The notes below the pieces were generated by a model, which saw only the letters and a program-made list of their open reading frames with translations, had not been told where the DNA came from and searched no databases. Position numbers and translations under genes: made by a program. Below, piece by piece: positions 11,822 to 23,816 of a stretch of DNA of 64,000 nucleotides (the stretch's first letter is position 1; every line of letters starts with the position of its first letter). Origin of the DNA: an uncultured Actinomycetes bacterium (GTDB taxonomy: Bacteria; Actinomycetota; Acidimicrobiia; Spongiisociales; DATADW01); the NCBI GenBank assembly GCA_963824995.1, contig CAWGRK010000006.1, positions 194,273 through 258,272 of the forward strand, given 5' to 3'.

Positions 11822-12650
11822 GGTCCGCTATCGGTCGCTAGGTAGTACTTAGCCTTACGAGGTGGTTCTCGCAGATTCACACGGGATATCCCCCGTGCTA
11901 CTTGGGAACACCGCCAGAAGGCCGGTCGGCTTTCGTCTACAGGGCTCTTACCTCCTATGGCCTGGCTTTCCATCCGGGTTCGACTAGCCGCCGGTTTGGT
12001 AACTTCTCGACAGTGCCGGTGCACCATCAGGCAGGTCCCTCGACCCCAGCGTGGCAACGCCACCGGGCTATCACACCACGCTGGTTTAGGCTCTTCCCGT
12101 TTCGCTCGCCGCTACTCAGGGAGTCGCAATTGCTTTCCTCTCCTCAGGGTACTGAGATGTTTCAATTCCCCTGGTTGCCTCAACCGGCCCTATATGTTCA
12201 GACCGGAGTGACTGGGCATGACCCCAGCCGGGTTTCCCCATTCGGACATCCCCGGATCAGTGCTCGCTTGACAGCTTCCCGGGGCATATCGCAGCCTGCT
12301 ACGTCCTTCATCGGCTCCTAGCGCCAAGGCATCCACCGTGGACCCTTAGTAGCTTGGACATATTGAATCCAAAGCGACGTGCTCGCTATGCAGTTCTCAA
12401 GGTGCCGTCGAAGGAAGGCCGACCATCAACTGGCCGGCCGGACTCCCTCACGACTCAACAACGTGCCCGATCACCGTCCTCCACACCGGAGGGAGAGCTC
12501 TCGCCGCCGACCGGTCGCCCCAAAGGGCTCCTTGCCATGCGGTTCGTGCTCACGCACGACCCCGGAGGATCGGATGACGATCGAGTAGCCAGTAGACCAA
12601 CCTAAGAGCGCCTGGAGCCCGCCACTTGGGCGAGCCCTTTGTTGCTCCTT

Positions 12651-14179
<1,529 letters not shown>

Positions 14180-14372
14180 ACATTCGTGTGGCACCGCCAA
14201 AAGGCGACACCGCAGTCCTGTCGGTATATCGAGTTCGCTTGGCACGCCTCCAGACCCTCGTTGCTTGACACGACCAGGTTCCTCGGGCGCTTTCTGCGAG
14301 TACGTTTTCCATCAACGTCCGGATCGATTGCTCGAACCCAGCCGTGATGGGCTGTTACTGGCTTTTGGCACG

Positions 14373-14392
14373 TTATTGAGTTGTCAAGGAGC
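14373..14392 (-). promoter_or_regulatory. rrn leader boxA-like antitermination element
   Basis: GCTCCTTGACAACTCAATA in the leader; similar GCACCTTGAGAACTGCATA in the 16S-23S spacer (about 12387-12405). Confidence 0.55.
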
Positions 14393-14565
14393 CCGGAGCT
14401 TCTGCTCGACTCCCCCGCAGTCCCGTGACCGCAGGTAGCCGGCGGGCAAACGATGACTCTATCACCCGCCAGCCGTCCCGACGGCGGCGTGGCACGACGT
14501 GGACACACGGCGTCCCGCTCCGCCTCCGGGCATGATTACCGACGGCGAATGCCGCCGGTACTGGA

Positions 14566-14593
14566 ACTGTAGCCGAGGGGTGCCCGGTGTCAA
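14566..14593 (-). promoter_or_regulatory. Housekeeping sigma promoter of the rRNA operon
   Basis: TTGACA-16 nt-TACAGT pointing toward 16S. Confidence 0.75.
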
Positions 14594-14799
14594 GTTCCCG
14601 CACAGCGGCCCACCTAGCAAATGGGGTACCGCTGACCACTCAAACCCAGCGGGCGACCGGGTTATTCCTCCTGTAGGGCCTGTCGCCCACCGTGTTCGCC
14701 GGGCCTTGCCGAGCTATCCCTCGACCTGGCGGCCGCAGGATGCGTTGGAGCCGCCTACCTTCTGGGGAATATCGGCTTGGCAGGGGGCCTGGTCTGACC

Positions 14800-15799
14800 G
14801 CGCATTGGCTCGATCGTGTGGGCGCAGTCCAACTGAGGAGCAGCCGGCGTTATCCGCGGCTGTTCTCGGGTGGCTGGGGCGACCCCGACGTCCTCGACCG
14901 GGTCGAAGAGAGCATCCGGCATCCTCACCCAGAGATCGAGCTCACGTGGTCGTCGTGGCGGGGAGAGCTGGGTGGATTGGTAGCTCGGGCGGGCTGGTTT
15001 CAACAGTCCTGACCCCGACCTACCCCCAGAGAGTCGCAGGGCCGTGATGCAACTCCTCTCGCCGTCGGTATCAGCAAATCGTGTGGTGATCCTGTTCGCA
15101 GCCCACAACGATCATGGCTACGAGACCCGGATGCGGCTGGGACGCCATCTCGCCGAGCACGGGATCGCCTCTCTGATCCTGGAAAACCCGTTCTACGGCC
15201 GCCGCCGGCCGCTCGACGGGCGGAAGGCCACCACCGTCGCCGAGCTGCTTGTGATGGGACGCGCTGCGGTGACGGAGGGGCGGGCGCTGGTCGCCGGGCT
15301 GCGCGCCGGGGGCGTGGACGAAGTCGGGGTTTCAGGGTTCAGCATGGGAGGGACCGTCGCCGCCCTCGTCAGTTCGCTCTCGACTGGCCCGCTGGCAACG
15401 ATCCCGCTCGCTGCGGCCCACTCCCCCGCCGCCGCTTACACCGAAGGAGTGCTGGCCAAGGCTGTCGATTGGGACGCTCTCGGTGGACCGGGCGCCAGGG
15501 AGAGGCTCGCCGAGGTGCTCGATTCAGCTTCGGTGCTGAGAATCGATCCTCCGCCACATTCCGCCTCGGCGCTGCTGGCCGCACCGACCGGGGACGCATA
15601 CGTACCGGCTCGTGCCGTGGAGGCGCTCCACAAACACTGGCCGGGTTCTGAGCTTCGCTGGCTCCCGGGTGGCCATGTCAGCGTGGGCTTGCGGGGTGCA
15701 AGTGCACAGGCGGCCATCATTGCCGAGGGGTTCTCCCGGGTCTCAAACAAAGCGGACGAAGCGCCGCTTCCCCACCTGGACCAACGCGCCGACGATTGA
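14800..15799 (+). CDS. Alpha/beta hydrolase (ABHD18-like), frameshift near 15010; ends uncertain
   Basis: LENPFYGRRRP, nucleophile elbow GFSMGG, D-A-Y-V-P and GGHVS; N-terminal FSGGWGD in another frame. Confidence 0.75.
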
Positions 15800-16937
15800 A
15801 GCGCGGGGGACGTCCTCCTCGGTCAACCGTGTCCCGTCGACCTTGATCGCCCCTTGGGTGATCAGTCGGCGCGCTTCGGATGTCGAAGCCACCAACCCGG
15901 CATCGAGGAGAACCGCGGGCAGGTGCACCGGGTCCGACTCGAGGAGGGCATGTTCGGGAACGCCCTCGGGTGTTTCGTGGTCGCGGAAGACCCGGTCGAA
16001 GGCCCGCTCCGCCTCGATCGCGGCCTCGTCGACCCCAGTAGAGGCCAACCACTTCCCGACCCAGCCTCCGCTTCGCCTCGGCGGGGTGGACCGAGCCGTC
16101 TGCGATCCCCGAGATGATCGCCTCGGTCTCGCCGGCGGGCACTTCTGTGGCGAGACGGAACCACTGCTGCATCAGGCCGTCGGGAACGCTCATCACCTTC
16201 CCGAACATATCGGCCGGTTCAGCGTCCACCGCCACGTAGTTGTCGAGCGACTGCGACATCTTGTTCACGCCGTCGGTGCCGAGGAGCAGGGGCATCGTCA
16301 TCGCCACCTGGGGCCGCATGGCATATCGCTGCTGCACCGTCCGGCCCATGAGGAGGTTCCACAATTGGTCGGATCCCCCCAACTCCACGTCGGCCTCGAC
16401 CGCCACCGAGTCGTATCCCTGGAGTAGCGGATAGATGAACTCGAGCACCGAAATGGGACGCTGCTCGACCATCCTCTCGGCGAAGTCGGCCCGCTCGAGC
16501 ATCTGGGCGACTGTTGTGGCTGAGGTGAGTTCGAGAACGTGCTCCATGTCCATCGAGGCGAGCCACTCCGAGTTCCACCTGATCTCGAGGGGCTCGGGCA
16601 AGAGGATCCGGGAGAAGCCCCCGAGCACCGACTCGGCATAGCCGCGCACCTCCTCGGCGGTGAGCCGCCGCCTGGTCTCGGTTTTGAGGCTGGGGTCGCC
16701 CACCTGGGCGGTGAAGTCGCCGACGATGAGGACCGCCGTATGCCCCAATTCCTGAAATTGCCTCAGCTTGCGCAGCACGACCGCCCAGCCCAGTGTCACC
16801 GACGGAGCGGTCGGGTCGAGCCCGAGCTTGACCCGCAGCGGACGGCCTTCGGCCAATCGTCCGGCAAGCTCCTCTTCCGGGGCCACCCGATCCACATTGA
16901 GCAGAAGACGGCGGAGTTGTTCGTCGGGGTCCGGCAT
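15743..16937 (-). CDS. tyrS: Tyrosine--tRNA ligase, frameshift near 16038
   Basis: KLGLDPTAPSVTLGW, YPLLQGYDSV, ELGGSDQ, KMSQS, C-terminal S4 domain QVGKRRF. Confidence 0.95.
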
Positions 16938-17022
16938 GGGCCGGGGAGCGTAGCCCTGCAGGACGATGCCGGACCTGCCCGCAGGCGAACCTGTCTCCGC
17001 CCGCGCCTTGCGGACTATGCCC

Positions 17023-17574
17023 TCAGGGGTGCGGCATCGTGGCGACGAACCGCCACGGGTTCTCGGTGGCAACCGAGATCCCGACCCTGGGTGTGGCGAA
17101 CAGCCCAGGGGGCGCAGTCCCCGGCAAGAGGCGCACCGGGCCGTCGATGACGCTGCTGCCATCGTGTGCGGAGTCGATGGCCAGAGCACGGCACAGATTG
17201 CCCGGACCGACGGCGAGTGGCGAGGTGCGGCCTCGGCGCCGGATCATCACATCGGTGCCCTCGGTGGCGACGCCGCCCCGCAGCAGGACGGCTTCCCCAG
17301 AGCCGGGTGGTCCGGTGACGATGTTGGCGCACCAGTGAATCCCATACGAGCGGTAGACGTAGAGCGTGCCCGCTCCTCCGAACATCGACCGGTTGCGACG
17401 CGTCTGCCCGCGATACGTATGGCTGGCCGGGTCGGCGGCACCGGCATACGCCTCCACCTCGGTCAACTCGATCTCGGTGACCTCGGCATCGATCTCCGTC
17501 CGTATCCGCCAGCCGAGTAGCGACGGTGCCACTTCCAAAACCGGCCGGTCGAGCAACTCGAGGACTGGGTTCAT
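17023..17574 (-). CDS. mpg: DNA-3-methyladenine glycosylase (MPG/AAG family)
   Basis: EVEAY..DPASH, YVYRSYGIHWCANIV, AVLLRG, GPGNLC, TPRVGIS. Confidence 0.92.
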   Translation of the reverse strand: MNPVLELLDRPVLEVAPSLLGWRIRTEIDAEVTEIELTEVEAYAGAADPASHTYRGQTRRNRSMFGGAGTLYVYRSYGIHWCANIVTGPPGSGEAVLLRGGVATEGTDVMIRRRGRTSPLAVGPGNLCRALAIDSAHDGSSVIDGPVRLLPGTAPPGLFATPRVGISVATENPWRFVATMPHP

Positions 17575-17611
17575 CCCAGGACGTGGAACGCGCCCGGGCG
17601 GGTCCGGCCGT

Positions 17612-20044
17612 TCACACCGAACCCCGCAGCGTGACGTCGAGCGCCCGCTCCACCTCGGCAACGGCGTGTCGAAGCAGTGGGGCTACTTCCTCGTCGCGCA
17701 GGGTGCGGTCGGGTGCGCGAAGCGTCAGTCGAACGGCGATGCTCAGGCGACCCTCCTCCATACCCGGACCGACGAAGACGTCGAAGACTTCGGTCCTTTC
17801 CAGGAGGTCACCGATGGCGTCGCCCAGTCGGTCGAGCAGGTCGGAAGTGAGAACCTCCGAACCGACCTCGAAAGCCAGGTCGAGCTTGAAGGGCGGGAAG
17901 GGTGACACCGGACGCAACTGCCAGACACCGCCCGGCGCCAGCAGCGGCGACAAGTCCAGTTCACCGGCGGCTACCCGCCCTGGGAGCCCGAAATCCCGAC
18001 TCACCCCGGGGTGGAGTTCGCCCACCCAGCCGACAACTTCCTTGTCGTGGAGCACCATCCCCGACCGGCCGGGATGGAAAGGCGCCTTCTCGCCTGGGTA
18101 CACCCGCACGTCGAGACCCCGTGCCTCGCCCAGGAGCCTCATCAGCGCTGTCGCCTCATGGGCATCGACCTCGCGACGTGCCCCGAGAACTCCCGAGCCG
18201 CCGCTTTCGCCCACAGCCACGAATGCAAGATGGTTGGGCTGATCGGGAAGAAGCGGGTCGAGCGACGACGGAGTGGGGAAGAAGACCTTGCCGATCTCGA
18301 ACAGAGTGACGTCCCTTGAGCCGCGATCGAGGTTCCCGGCGGCGGCCCTGAGGAGACCGGGGAGCAGCGTGGTGCGCAGCAGGCTCTCCTCTTCGCGCAG
18401 CGGGTTGGAAACCCTGATCGCTTTCCGACGCGTGTCGTCGCCCGGGAGGCGCAACAGGTCGAGTTCGCCGGCGCCCAGGAAACTCATCGATTGGGCCTCG
18501 TAGTATCCCGCCCCCACCATGGTCTCACGCACCGAGCGCTCGGAGCGCTGCTCCGGTGTCGTCCCGCCGTCCGGCCCCATCCTCACCCGAGACGGGAACC
18601 GGTCGTACCCGTGCAGTCTGGCTACCTCCTCGATCAGGTCTACCGGCCGGGTGACATCGGGCCGGCGCGTCGGGACGAGCACCTCGAGGCTCTCGTCCGA
18701 CTGCGACGCCACCTCGAACCCGAGCCTGGTGAGCAGCCCGGTAACGGCCATACCGTCGAGGCCGGGGCCCAACAGTCGCTCCACTTCGCCCAGGCGGAGA
18801 TCGATTCGCTGCTTCTCGGCAGGAACCGGATAGACATCGACCGTTCCCTTGTGGACCTGGCCGCCGCCGAGCGATGCCACGAGGGCGGCGGCCCGGGCAG
18901 CCGCCATGCCTGAGAGATCGGGGTCCACGCCTCGCTCGAATCGGGCGGATGCCTCCGAGCGGAGGCCGAGTCTGTGGGCGGTGGCCAGCACACTCGCCGG
19001 ATCCCAGTTCGCTGCCTCGACCAGCACCCGGGTGGTGGTCTCGCTGACCTCGGTGGACTCGCCGCCCATCACACCGGCCAGGGCGACGGCTCCGGACGGA
19101 TCGGCCACCACGATGTCGGCTGCGAGCAGCTCGCGGTCGACCTCGTCGAGGGTGCGCAGTCGCTCGCCCTCACCGGCCCGACGGATGATCAGCGCCCCTT
19201 CGACGATCCGGTCGAGATCGAAGGTATGTATCGGGTGGCCCAGTTCCATCATGACGTAGTTGCTGACGTCCACGACATTCGAGATGGGTCGTATCCCGGC
19301 GGCGCGAAGCCGAAGCTGCATCGGCAATGGACTGGGGGCGATGGTGACACCGGATACCTGGCGCGCCACGAAGCGCGGGCACCCCACCGGATCCGCTACG
19401 TCCACCCGCACTGTGTTGTCAGGCCCCGTCTCGGCGACATCGGTTTCGGGCCGACGCACCGGGATCTGGTAGTAGGCGCCCAATTCGCGGGCAATCCCGA
19501 GGACCGACATCGCATCGGGACGGTTGGGCGTGATCGTCACATCGAGGACCACGTCGCTCAGCGGAAGGACGTCCTCGAGGTGGAGGCCTACATCTTCCCG
19601 GCCGGCAACCCCCAACCTGTCCAGAACGAGGATGCCGGTGTGGTCCTCGCCCAGCCCCAACTCGGAGGCGGAGCAGATCATCCCATTCGAGGTCACGCCC
19701 CTGACCGCACGGGCGCCGATCTCCATTGGCTCGCCGCCAGGGTTCAGACGGGCTCCGACTCGGGCGAAGGCCACGACGGCACCCGAGTCGAAGTTCCATG
19801 CGCCGCACACCACTTCGAGCAACTCGCCCGATCCGTCGTCCACCAGGGTGACCCGGACCCGATCGGCGTCCGGGTGGGGGCCCACGCTCTCGACGCGACC
19901 AACCACCACCCCTTCGAAGCTCGGGCTGGTGGTATCCCAACCCTCCACTTCGTGACCCAGAGACCCCAGGACCGCGGAGAGCTTCGCCGGATCGGTGGTC
20001 GGCAGGTCGATGAACTCGGCGAGCCAGCTGAGCGGGAGCTTCAC
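17612..20044 (-). CDS. pheT: Phenylalanine--tRNA ligase beta subunit
   Basis: KLPLSWL start, HPDADR, ITPNRPD, SARFERGVD, DLIEEVARLHGY, FDX-ACB C-terminus. Confidence 0.97.
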   Translation of the reverse strand: MKLPLSWLAEFIDLPTTDPAKLSAVLGSLGHEVEGWDTTSPSFEGVVVGRVESVGPHPDADRVRVTLVDDGSGELLEVVCGAWNFDSGAVVAFARVGARLNPGGEPMEIGARAVRGVTSNGMICSASELGLGEDHTGILVLDRLGVAGREDVGLHLEDVLPLSDVVLDVTITPNRPDAMSVLGIARELGAYYQIPVRRPETDVAETGPDNTVRVDVADPVGCPRFVARQVSGVTIAPSPLPMQLRLRAAGIRPISNVVDVSNYVMMELGHPIHTFDLDRIVEGALIIRRAGEGERLRTLDEVDRELLAADIVVADPSGAVALAGVMGGESTEVSETTTRVLVEAANWDPASVLATAHRLGLRSEASARFERGVDPDLSGMAAARAAALVASLGGGQVHKGTVDVYPVPAEKQRIDLRLGEVERLLGPGLDGMAVTGLLTRLGFEVASQSDESLEVLVPTRRPDVTRPVDLIEEVARLHGYDRFPSRVRMGPDGGTTPEQRSERSVRETMVGAGYYEAQSMSFLGAGELDLLRLPGDDTRRKAIRVSNPLREEESLLRTTLLPGLLRAAAGNLDRGSRDVTLFEIGKVFFPTPSSLDPLLPDQPNHLAFVAVGESGGSGVLGARREVDAHEATALMRLLGEARGLDVRVYPGEKAPFHPGRSGMVLHDKEVVGWVGELHPGVSRDFGLPGRVAAGELDLSPLLAPGGVWQLRPVSPFPPFKLDLAFEVGSEVLTSDLLDRLGDAIGDLLERTEVFDVFVGPGMEEGRLSIAVRLTLRAPDRTLRDEEVAPLLRHAVAEVERALDVTLRGSV

Positions 20045-20051
20045 AGCCGCC

Positions 20052-21065
20052 TCATCGAAACTGACCCAGCACGCGCAGGTCGTTCTCGTAGAGAAGCCGG
20101 ATGTCGTCGATCCCGTGCCGCACCATGGCAACCCGGTCGGCGCCGACACCGAATGCGAACCCCGACACCCGGGCCGGGTCGTAGCCGACGGCCTCGAAAA
20201 CGTTGGGGTCCACCATCCCGCATCCGAGCAACTCGAGCCAATCGTCCTTCCAGGTCACCGCCATCTGCGCCGACGGCTCGGTGAACGGAAAGAAGTCGGG
20301 GCTGAACCTCGTCCTCACTCCAGGTCCGAACATCTCCCGGGCGAAATGCTCCAGCGTCCCCTTGAGATCACCGAATGTGATGTCCTCGGCCACCGCCAGA
20401 CCCTCGACCTGGTGGAACACCGGTGCGTGTGTGGCGTCCCACGGGTCCGGGCGGTATGTCCTGCCGGGCACGACAACGTAGACCGGTGGCTGCTGGCGCT
20501 CCATGACCCTCGCCTGCATGGGTGAGGTGTGGGTGCGGAGCAGCAACGCGTCCTCCCCTGTCATTCCCCTACCGTCCCAGGGTTCCAGGTAGAGGGTGTC
20601 ACTGGGCAGGCGAGCCGGATGGTGGGGTGCGTGGTTGAGGGCGTCGAAGTTGTAACGGACAGTCTCGACCTCGGGGCCCGTGACCACCTGGTAGCCGATG
20701 GCACGGAAGATCTCGCAGATCTCGGCCATCGACTGGGTGATGAGGTGGTGGGTGCCGCGCACCAAGTCGACTGCAGGCAAGGTGATGTCTGTCCTATCGG
20801 AAGCAAGGAGGCGGTCTTCGGCCGCCGCTTCGAGCTCCCTGCGACGGTCGGCCACCAACTGCTCGACACGTCGCTGCGCCTCATTGATCTCGGCACCGAG
20901 AAGGCGCCTCTCGTCTGGTGGACGAGACCCGAGCGTCCGCCGCAACTCGGCCAGCTCCGACCGGCGCCCAACCAGTTGCGAGACGACCTCGTCGAGTTGG
21001 TCGAGCGTCGCCGCTCCGGCGAGGAGATCCTCGGCGCCGGAGACGAGTTTGTCGGTCGTGGTCAT
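20052..21065 (-). CDS. pheS: Phenylalanine--tRNA ligase alpha subunit
   Basis: LLRTHTSPMQ, FHQVEGL, FPFTEPS, GFAFGVG. Confidence 0.97.
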   Translation of the reverse strand: MTTTDKLVSGAEDLLAGAATLDQLDEVVSQLVGRRSELAELRRTLGSRPPDERRLLGAEINEAQRRVEQLVADRRRELEAAAEDRLLASDRTDITLPAVDLVRGTHHLITQSMAEICEIFRAIGYQVVTGPEVETVRYNFDALNHAPHHPARLPSDTLYLEPWDGRGMTGEDALLLRTHTSPMQARVMERQQPPVYVVVPGRTYRPDPWDATHAPVFHQVEGLAVAEDITFGDLKGTLEHFAREMFGPGVRTRFSPDFFPFTEPSAQMAVTWKDDWLELLGCGMVDPNVFEAVGYDPARVSGFAFGVGADRVAMVRHGIDDIRLLYENDLRVLGQFR

Positions 21066-21078
21066 GGGGCCGGGGAGG

Positions 21079-21880
21079 TTAGCCACGGGGGTCACCGGCC
21101 ACCCTTGCCGTTTGTGTCACGGTACTTTCCGTCAGGGCCGTTTCCGTCAGGGTGAACAGCAGCAGGGCACCTGCCACCGCGGCGTTGAGGCTCTCGATGC
21201 CGCCCGGCATCGGGATCGTCACCGCCTGCCCGGACCGAGCCAGTTCTGGTGGCAGCCCATGAGCCTCGTCTCCGATGAGGACGGCGTACCGTCCCGGATC
21301 CAGGTCTTGGGGGTGGACTCCACCGGATACGACGGTGGAGAGGACCTCCCATCCCCGGCTCTCCAGAGCCGACGGTTCGAGAGACGGGGCCAGTTCGATG
21401 ACGGTGCGGAAGTGCCCACCAGCCGCCGCCCGGAGGGTCTTGGGCGACCAGGGATCGGCGGTACCAGGTCCCACGATGACACCGGCGCCGAAGGCGGCGG
21501 CGGTGCGTATCAGGCTCCCGACGTTGCCTGGGTCGGCCAGTCCGCATAAGACCAGCGCCAGGTCGGTCGCTACCGGCTCTGAGCGAGGTATGTCGATCAC
21601 CGCCACCGGTCCACGAGGCGACATGGTGCCGGAAAGTCGATCCAGCGCCGCACCCTCCACCAGGACGAGTTGGGCACCCTCGGGCACCTGGACCTCCGGG
21701 TCGGTGCTGAACACGGTCCGCACCCCGGCACCGGCCGTCACCGCCTCTTCGAACACGTGTGGGCCCTCGACCAGGGTCAGTCCGGTTGCCGCCCGCTCCG
21801 CCGAGCGATGGAGCCTGGCCGCCTCCGCAATGCGGGGATTGCGAGGCGAACGGACCGGGGGGCGGCTAGCCGCGGTCGGC
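21079..21880 (-). CDS. TrmH/SpoU family RNA methyltransferase (start uncertain)
   Basis: [39 protein letters not shown]; between rplT and pheS. Confidence 0.9.
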
Positions 21881-22222
21881 CACCGCCAATTCGACGATGC
21901 TCTTGAACGCCTCGGGATCGCGCACGGCCATCTCAGCCAGCATCTTCCGGTCCACCTCGATCTCGGCGGCCTTGAGCCCGGCGATCAGCTGCGAGTAGGA
22001 AACCCCGTGCTCACGGGCGGCGGCGTTGATCCGGACGATCCAGAGACGGCGGAAGTCGCCCTTCCGCGCACGGCGGTGGGAATAGGCGTCCTGTTGAGCA
22101 TGCATGAGCTGCTCGTTGGCGGTGCGGAACCGTCTGCTCCGCGCTCCCTTGAACCCCTTGGCCTGCTCCAGGACGGCGCGGTGCTTCTTCTTGGCATGTA
22201 CGGCTCGCTTCACACGGGCCAT
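21866..22222 (-). CDS. rplT: 50S ribosomal protein L20
   Basis: [26 protein letters not shown]. Confidence 0.98.
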   Translation of the reverse strand: MARVKRAVHAKKKHRAVLEQAKGFKGARSRRFRTANEQLMHAQQDAYSHRRARKGDFRRLWIVRINAAAREHGVSYSQLIAGLKAAEIEVDRKMLAEMAVRDPEAFKSIVELAVADRG

Positions 22223-22240
22223 GAGTGCTCTCCTTCCGGC

Positions 22241-22435
22241 TCAGATACCCAGCATGCGGCGGGCGCGCCGGCGGTCGCCGGAAGGGAGTGGCGCGGTGCC
22301 GCTCAACCTGCGGAACCGCTGTCTGCCCTTGGCCAGCTTGAGGTGGCCCCGCCCCGCCTGGGCGCGACGCAGCTCACCAGAACCGGTCACCTTGATTCGT
22401 TTGGCTATCCCCCTGTGGGACTTCATCTTGGGCAT
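22241..22435 (-). CDS. rpmI: 50S ribosomal protein L35
   Basis: MPKMKSHRGIAKRIKVTGSG; between infC and rplT. Confidence 0.97.
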   Translation of the reverse strand: MPKMKSHRGIAKRIKVTGSGELRRAQAGRGHLKLAKGRQRFRRLSGTAPLPSGDRRRARRMLGI

Positions 22436-22444
22436 TTCAGATCC

Positions 22445-23158
22445 TCATTCGGTCGGCTGATCGCCGTCGTCGGTCGGTCCGTTGTCGGTCGGTCCGTTGT
22501 CGGTCGGCAAGTCGTCGGTCGGCAAGTCGTCGGTCGGTCCGGCGTCGGGCTGTCCGTGCGTCGGTCGGTCCAAGTCGTCGGTCGGCAAGTCGTCGGTCGG
22601 GCCTTTGTCCGTCGGTCCGTTGTCGGACTGTTCCTCTTCGACACGCCCGGCGCGGCGGGTCGGCGCCAGAGTCATCGTCATCGAGCGCCCGTCCACCTGA
22701 GGCGCCTGTTCCACGGTGGCCATCTCGGCCACATCGCTGCTGAGACGTTCCATCAACCGCAGACCCATCTCGGGCCGGGTGTTCTCGCGGCCTCTGAAAC
22801 GGACCGTCACCCTCACCTTGTCACCGTCGCCGAGGAACGTCTCGGCGCGCCGGCGCAGGATGTCGTAGTCGTGGGGTCCGATGCGCGGCTTCATCCGAAG
22901 CTCTTTGATCACTGTCCGGGTCTGCTTCTTCCGAGCTTCCCGGTCACGCACCGACTGCTCGTACTTGAACTTCCCGTAGTCCATCAACCGGGCGACCGGC
23001 GGGTTGGCGTTCGGTGCCACCTCGACCAGGTCCAACCCGAGCTGATCCGCCAGCCAGATGGCCTCCTGCAGCTTCTTGATCCCGATCTGGGTTCCATCGG
23101 GTGCTACCAACCGGACCTCCGAAGCCCGGATGTAGTCGTTCACGCGTGGCTCTGCGAT
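22445..23158 (-). CDS. infC: Translation initiation factor IF-3 (AUC start, acidic repeat tail)
   Basis: PRVNDYIRA, LDLVEVAP, MDYGKFKYE, FRGRE; AAGGAGG RBS followed by in-frame ATC at 23158. Confidence 0.95.
   Translation of the reverse strand: MAEPRVNDYIRASEVRLVAPDGTQIGIKKLQEAIWLADQLGLDLVEVAPNANPPVARLMDYGKFKYEQSVRDREARKKQTRTVIKELRMKPRIGPHDYDILRRRAETFLGDGDKVRVTVRFRGRENTRPEMGLRLMERLSSDVAEMATVEQAPQVDGRSMTMTLAPTRRAGRVEEEQSDNGPTDKGPTDDLPTDDLDRPTHGQPDAGPTDDLPTDDLPTDNGPTDNGPTDDGDQPTE
22449..22628 (-). repeat. 15-bp coding tandem repeats in the infC 3' end (PTDDL/PTDNG)
   Basis: Repeated CGGTCGGCAAGTCGT and CGGTCGGTCCGTTGT units. Confidence 0.9.
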
Positions 23159-23182
23159 GCGCCTTCCTCCTTGGTGGTATGC

Positions 23183-23210
23183 AAAAGGCAGCAAACCGGA
23201 GCTTGCTGCC
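23183..23210 (-). terminator. Terminator/attenuator hairpin in the infC-rpmI-rplT leader
   Basis: GGCAGCAAGC-TCCG-GTTTGCTGCC followed by TTTT just upstream of the infC RBS. Confidence 0.65.
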
Positions 23211-23339
23211 ATTCATGGGAAATCGTGTCGTCCGGTGGGACGACCTGATCCTGGAACCTCGGCTCGTCGGTGACGGCCGGGTGGGAGACAGCTGCCTCCG
23301 CTTCGATTGGTTGTCTGAACCAGTATACGGGCCGGGCGG

Positions 23340-23816
23340 TCATCGGTGCGAGGCCGACCCGAGCCCGCGCAATGCCGCCGCCATCACCACCGCGGCGGTC
23401 GCCGCTTCGTGGCCCTTGTTACCTGCGCCGAGCATGCTGCGTTCGCGGGCGTGAACAGCCTCGTGGACGGCGAGCACCGCATTCGTCACGGGGACACCGG
23501 TGTCGAGAGAGGCGGCGGTGAGCCCGGCGGCAGACTCGTGAACGACCACGTCGTAGTGATCGGTGTCGCCTTTGATGACCGTGCCGATCGCCACCACGCC
23601 ATGACATCCGGCTCGGGCGAGGGCGAGAGCGGCGACTGGCAGCTCGAGTGCCCCGGGGACTCGGAGGACCGTGACCTCATCGACTCCGACACCCTCGAGG
23701 GCCTCCAGGGCGCCGGCCAGCAGGCCATCGGTGAAGACCGCGTTGTAGGTCGAGACGGCTACTCCGATGTGCAGCCCGGTGCCATCGGGCTCGGGATGGA
23801 CCTCATTCACCCGCAT
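23340..23816 (-). CDS. ribH: 6,7-dimethyl-8-ribityllumazine synthase
   Basis: VPGALELP, GTVIKGDTDHYD, GNKGHEAA. Confidence 0.95.
   Translation of the reverse strand: MRVNEVHPEPDGTGLHIGVAVSTYNAVFTDGLLAGALEALEGVGVDEVTVLRVPGALELPVAALALARAGCHGVVAIGTVIKGDTDHYDVVVHESAAGLTAASLDTGVPVTNAVLAVHEAVHARERSMLGAGNKGHEAATAAVVMAAALRGLGSASHR

Noticed and set aside
12359..12650. Possible tRNA in the 16S-23S spacer
   Set aside because: No cloverleaf or T-loop GTTCGA pattern found; only boxA-like and processing-stem sequence.
22449..22628. Repeat array resembling a CRISPR
   Set aside because: The 15-bp units are contiguous and in frame within infC, with no unique spacers and no cas genes.
21275..23248. 657-aa plus-strand ORF and other long antisense ORFs
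   Set aside because: They lie antisense to well-supported housekeeping genes; long stop-free antisense frames are expected at this GC content.
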